Origin: an uncultured Verrucomicrobiae bacterium
GTDB taxonomy: Bacteria; Verrucomicrobiota; Verrucomicrobiia; Chthoniobacterales; JAFAMB01
Assembly (NCBI GenBank): GCA_963837955.1
Contig: CAWIPH010000002.1
Location: 2,176,001 to 2,240,000, forward strand
Length of the DNA: 64,000 nucleotides
Direction: 5' to 3'
The notes beneath the pieces are model-generated. The model did no database searches. It was not told the DNA's origin and worked only from the letters and a program-made list of their open reading frames with translations. Positions 60,748 through 64,000 of the stretch are shown one piece after another (the stretch's first letter is position 1; every line of letters begins with the position of its first letter). The translations under genes were made by a program, and so were the position numbers.

Positions 60748-61783
60748 GTGGAAAATCCGGAGTCACTACCGCAAACAAGGCTGCAACTGGGCAACAGGGT
60801 ATAAGATGCTACTGTCGAGCATCTTCAGCAAATATGGAATCTTTCTGATTTTTGCCGTCATGGTTTTGGCGGCCTCGGTACTTGTCACCGGCGTTCTTAA
60901 GTAGTACTAAACCTGATAAATATTGTGCGACAGATGTCCATCGTTGGCCTGATCGCGCTTGGTGTTACCGGGGTGATCGTCAGCGCCGGCATCGACCTTT
61001 CGTCTGGCTCCGTGGTTGGTTTGACGGCGGTCGTTGCGGCCAGCCTGGCTCAGGTCGCCCGATAATTCAACCGCCTTTTATCCCGGTCTTCATCTTCCCT
61101 TAATTATCGCGGTGTTGGCGGCTTGTCTGGTCGGTGCGTTGGTGGGTTTGATCAACGGCAGCCTCGTTGCGAAAACTCGCATTCCGCCGTTTATCGCTAC
61201 TTTGGGCACCTATACTGCGATTCGCGGTGCTGGCCTTGCTCTACACCGGCGGTCGTCCAATTTCCGATTTGACGGATGCAGTATAACTTCATCGGCCAGG
61301 GCGATGTGTTTGGGTGTTCCAGTTCCGATTATCATTCTGGTGATCATGGCGGTTGTTACTCACATCCTTTATGCCCATACCAAATTCGGAAAATACATCT
61401 ACGCGATTGGTGGCAACGAACAGGCGGCGCGGGTTTCGGGCATCGATGCATCCAAGTATAAGATGCTTATTTACGTGTATGCGAGTTTCCTGGCGGGATT
61501 GGCCGGATTGGTGGTTTCTTCCCGGATTGGTTCGGGGCAACCGGGGCTTGGCGTCGGCTACGAACTTGATGCCATCGCGGCCGCGGTCATCGGTGGCACC
61601 TCCCTTTCGGCTGGTGGAATCGGGACAGTTGCAGGAACGATTATTGGGGCGCTCATTATCGGTGTATTAAACAATATTCTCGACTTGATGAATGTGTCGG
61701 CCTATTTCCAGCAGATTATCAAGGGTTGCATCATTGTTGGTGCAGTCATTCTCGACCAGCTTAAGCAGCGCGGAACCAAGTAA
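60748..61783 (+). CDS. Sugar ABC permease, frameshifted
   Basis: AAGGAG RBS before [47 protein letters not shown]. Confidence 0.88.
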
Positions 61784-61996
61784 TAATCACTCTCCTTTGT
61801 TTTCCGCGTGCATAGGATTACTTGATTTTTAGCACTTTGGGAAGGAGCGAGCGACGGTATCGGATATCGTTATGGCGCTCAAAGCTAGTTGTTATGGAGG
61901 TTGGTTAGTAACTGACCCGGACAGAGTTCCGCTTGATCGACAAAGACGGTCGAGCGGGTTTCCGCCGGAGTTCTCCATGTACGGTCGATCAAGCCG

Positions 61997-62175
61997 GTGA
62001 ACAAAGAGGAGATCGTGAACGTAGCCGAGAAGGCCAAGGAAGTGATCACAGTGGATGCAACGATGCGGACGCCTTATGCAACCGATGCATTCGTTTATCG
62101 CGAGATGCCACAGACTATCGTCCTGCCCAAGACCGAGGATGATATCTGCAAGCTCGTCCCCTTGGCACCTGAACG
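61997..62175 (+). pseudogene. N-terminal remnant of an FAD-linked oxidase (GlcD/D-lactate dehydrogenase-like)
   Basis: DATMRTPYATDAFVYREMPQTIVLPKTEDDI resembles the YATDAS.Y..P..V..P start of FAD_binding_4 enzymes; no continuation. Confidence 0.6.
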
Positions 62176-62233
62176 CAGCACTTTACTCATATCGAGGACA
62201 GCTGGCGCCTGCTTGCCGGCAGGCAACCAACCC

Positions 62234-62621
62234 GATCCTTGAGGTATACCCATCATGAATGAAACGATAACCCTTCCAGAGAACCTAAGCATTCCCAAGC
62301 GGGGGACTGTGCGGCTGACGACTGCACAGGCCCTTGTGCGCTACCTTTCTGGTTTGCGCACCCGGCTTGAAGGTCCGCAGGGCGAGGAAATCGTGCCTCT
62401 TTTTGGCGGAGTCTTCGCGATCTTCGGGATCCTTGAGGTATACCCAGCATGAATGAAACGATAACCCTTCCAGAGAACCCAAGCATTCCCAAACGCGGGA
62501 CCGTACGGCTGACGACTGCACAGGCCCTTGTGCGCTACCTTTCTGGTTTGCGCACACGGCTTGAAGGTCCGCAGGGCGAGGAAATCGTGCCTCTTTTTGG
62601 CGGAGTCTTCGCAATCTTCGG
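62234..62621 (+). repeat. 194-bp direct tandem duplication of the iolD leader and first ~58 codons
   Basis: Units begin gatccttgaggtataccc at 62234 and 62428. Confidence 0.95.
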
Positions 62622-64000
62622 CCACGGAAACGTCGCGGGTATCGGGGAGGCCCTGTATCAGTATCGCGACCAGTTGCCTACATACCGGGCGCACAACGAA
62701 CAGGCCATGGCACACGCAGCGATCGCGTACTCAAAGGCGCATTTCCGCCGGCGATTGATGGCTTGCACCACTTCCATAGGCCCCGGGGCAACGAACCTTC
62801 TCACGGCCGCTGCGCTTGCTCATGTGAATCGTTTGCCTGTTCTCTTTCTTCCCGGCGACATCTTCGTTTCCAGGGATCCTGATCCTGTGCTTCAGCAAGT
62901 CGAGGATTTCAGTGACGGCAAGATTTCGGCCAACGACTGTTTCCGGCCGGTTTCGCGCTATTTCGATCGGATCCTCCAACCCTCCCAATTGATCACATCG
63001 CTCCCGCGCGCTGTGCTCACCTTGACTGATCCTGTGCTGTGCGGGCCGGCCACTCTTGCCCTGCCCCAGGACGTGCAGGCTGCGGCCTTTGATTATCCTG
63101 TTGAGTTTTTTGAGAGCGCGATTGTCGAGTTTCGGGCGGCGGCTCCCAGCGAGGGGGATCTGGCAGGGGCAGTGCGTGCGGTGATGGCGGCCAAGCGCCC
63201 TGTGATCATTGCTGGGGGAGGCGTGCTTTACGGACGCGCCTGCGAGGCGCTGCGCGGGTTTGCCGAGCGTCACGGCGTTCCGATCTGCGAGACGCAGGCG
63301 GGTAAGAGCTCCTTGCCGTGGGACCATCCTCTTCAGCTTGGCTCGGTGGGCGTGACTGGCTCTCCTGCGGCCAATGCGCTTGCCAGCGAGGCCGATTTGA
63401 TCCTCGCCGTGGGCACCCGGCTGCAGGACTTTACTACCGGATCAAATTCGCTATTTCCCAAGGCCCGGCTGGTCTCTCTCAATGTGAATCCCTTTGACGC
63501 GACCAAAGCGCGCGGTATCCCACTCCTGGCTGATGCACGCCTCGGCTTGGAGGCTCTGAATAAAGCGCTGCCGCACTGGCAGGCCGAATCAGCCTGGAGC
63601 GAACGGGCCAAAGCCGAGGCCGCAGCGTGGCGCTCGACGGTGGATCGTATCACGCAGCGCCGCGATCTGAACGCGGGAGAATTGCCCTATGATGGTGAAG
63701 TGATAGGAGCCGTCCAGCGCTCGAGTCCGAAGTCCACTACGGACGACATCGTCGTATGCGCCGCTGGCACACTTCCTGCCGAATTGCACAAGCTCTGGCG
63801 CGCTTCGACACCCGGGAGCTATCACCTGGAATACGGCTATTCATGCATGGGCTATGAAATCGCCGGAGGCTTGGGAGTCAAGATGGCCCGACCGGATCGC
63901 GAGATCATCGTGATGGTGGGTGACGGCAGCTACCTCATGCTCAACAACGAGATCGCTACTTCGGTAATGCTCGACAAGAAGCTCATTATCGTGCTGCTCG
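62449..64000 (+). CDS. iolD: 3D-(3,5/4)-trihydroxycyclohexane-1,2-dione acylhydrolase (runs off window)
   Basis: Manual translation: RLTTAQALVRYL..AIFGHGNVAGIGEAL..HNEQAMAH..TTSIGPGATN..DPVLQQ..NDCFRPVSRYFDRI..EYGYSCMGYEIAG..VGDGSYLM (TPP-binding). Confidence 0.96.
   Translation, partial: MNETITLPENPSIPKRGTVRLTTAQALVRYLSGLRTRLEGPQGEEIVPLFGGVFAIFGHGNVAGIGEALYQYRDQLPTYRAHNEQAMAHAAIAYSKAHFRRRLMACTTSIGPGATNLLTAAALAHVNRLPVLFLPGDIFVSRDPDPVLQQVEDFSDGKISANDCFRPVSRYFDRILQPSQLITSLPRAVLTLTDPVLCGPATLALPQDVQAAAFDYPVEFFESAIVEFRAAAPSEGDLAGAVRAVMAAKRPVIIAGGGVLYGRACEALRGFAERHGVPICETQAGKSSLPWDHPLQLGSVGVTGSPAANALASEADLILAVGTRLQDFTTGSNSLFPKARLVSLNVNPFDATKARGIPLLADARLGLEALNKALPHWQAESAWSERAKAEAAAWRSTVDRITQRRDLNAGELPYDGEVIGAVQRSSPKSTTDDIVVCAAGTLPAELHKLWRASTPGSYHLEYGYSCMGYEIAGGLGVKMARPDREIIVMVGDGSYLMLNNEIATSVMLDKKLIIVLL

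Noticed and set aside
55548..61783. Inactivated iolE and inositol ABC genes
   Set aside because: Same pattern of clustered indels with intact motifs; treated as probable errors.
1..64000. Prophage, defence island, autonomous IS, tRNA or rRNA
   Set aside because: No integrase, transposase, phage structural or recognisable defence genes and no tRNA/rRNA signatures seen by eye.

Overview
A GC-rich bacterial chromosomal window dominated by carbohydrate uptake and catabolism. A soil Verrucomicrobiota-like host is my impression from the gene set, not a tested assignment. In order: a partial aldo/keto reductase; an exported hypothetical; an RND efflux pair with a divergent ArsR regulator; a fructose-type (Frc-like) ABC locus with ROK repressor, ROK kinase and IMPase; DUF4105, a hydrolase, a PAS-PP2C phosphatase and a Ub-Mut7C RNase; a CUT1 oligosaccharide locus (SBP, 2 permeases, APH-like kinase, AraC, LamB porin); TMEM175; a rhamnose-type ABC locus with an ATPase-permease fusion, Fe-ADH and XylR-type regulator; a LigD lacking its polymerase domain plus an unknown upstream gene; an SBP-TRIC channel fusion; another CUT2 ABC; and a large inositol cluster running off the end in iolD. 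I saw no rRNA, tRNA, CRISPR array or transposase. The intergenic DNA is rich in REP/REPIN-like palindromes. The most unusual signals are (i) a composite palindromic element whose core is inverted relative to its flanks between two copies, (ii) a 42-58 nt mini-element found at GG^AG sites four times, twice symmetrically in the arms of the larger element, (iii) a binding-protein/TRIC fusion, and (iv) a 194-bp tandem duplication of the iolD 5' end with almost only synonymous differences. Frameshifts cluster at 19.5-26.6 kb and 55.5-61.8 kb and are most likely sequencing or assembly indels.
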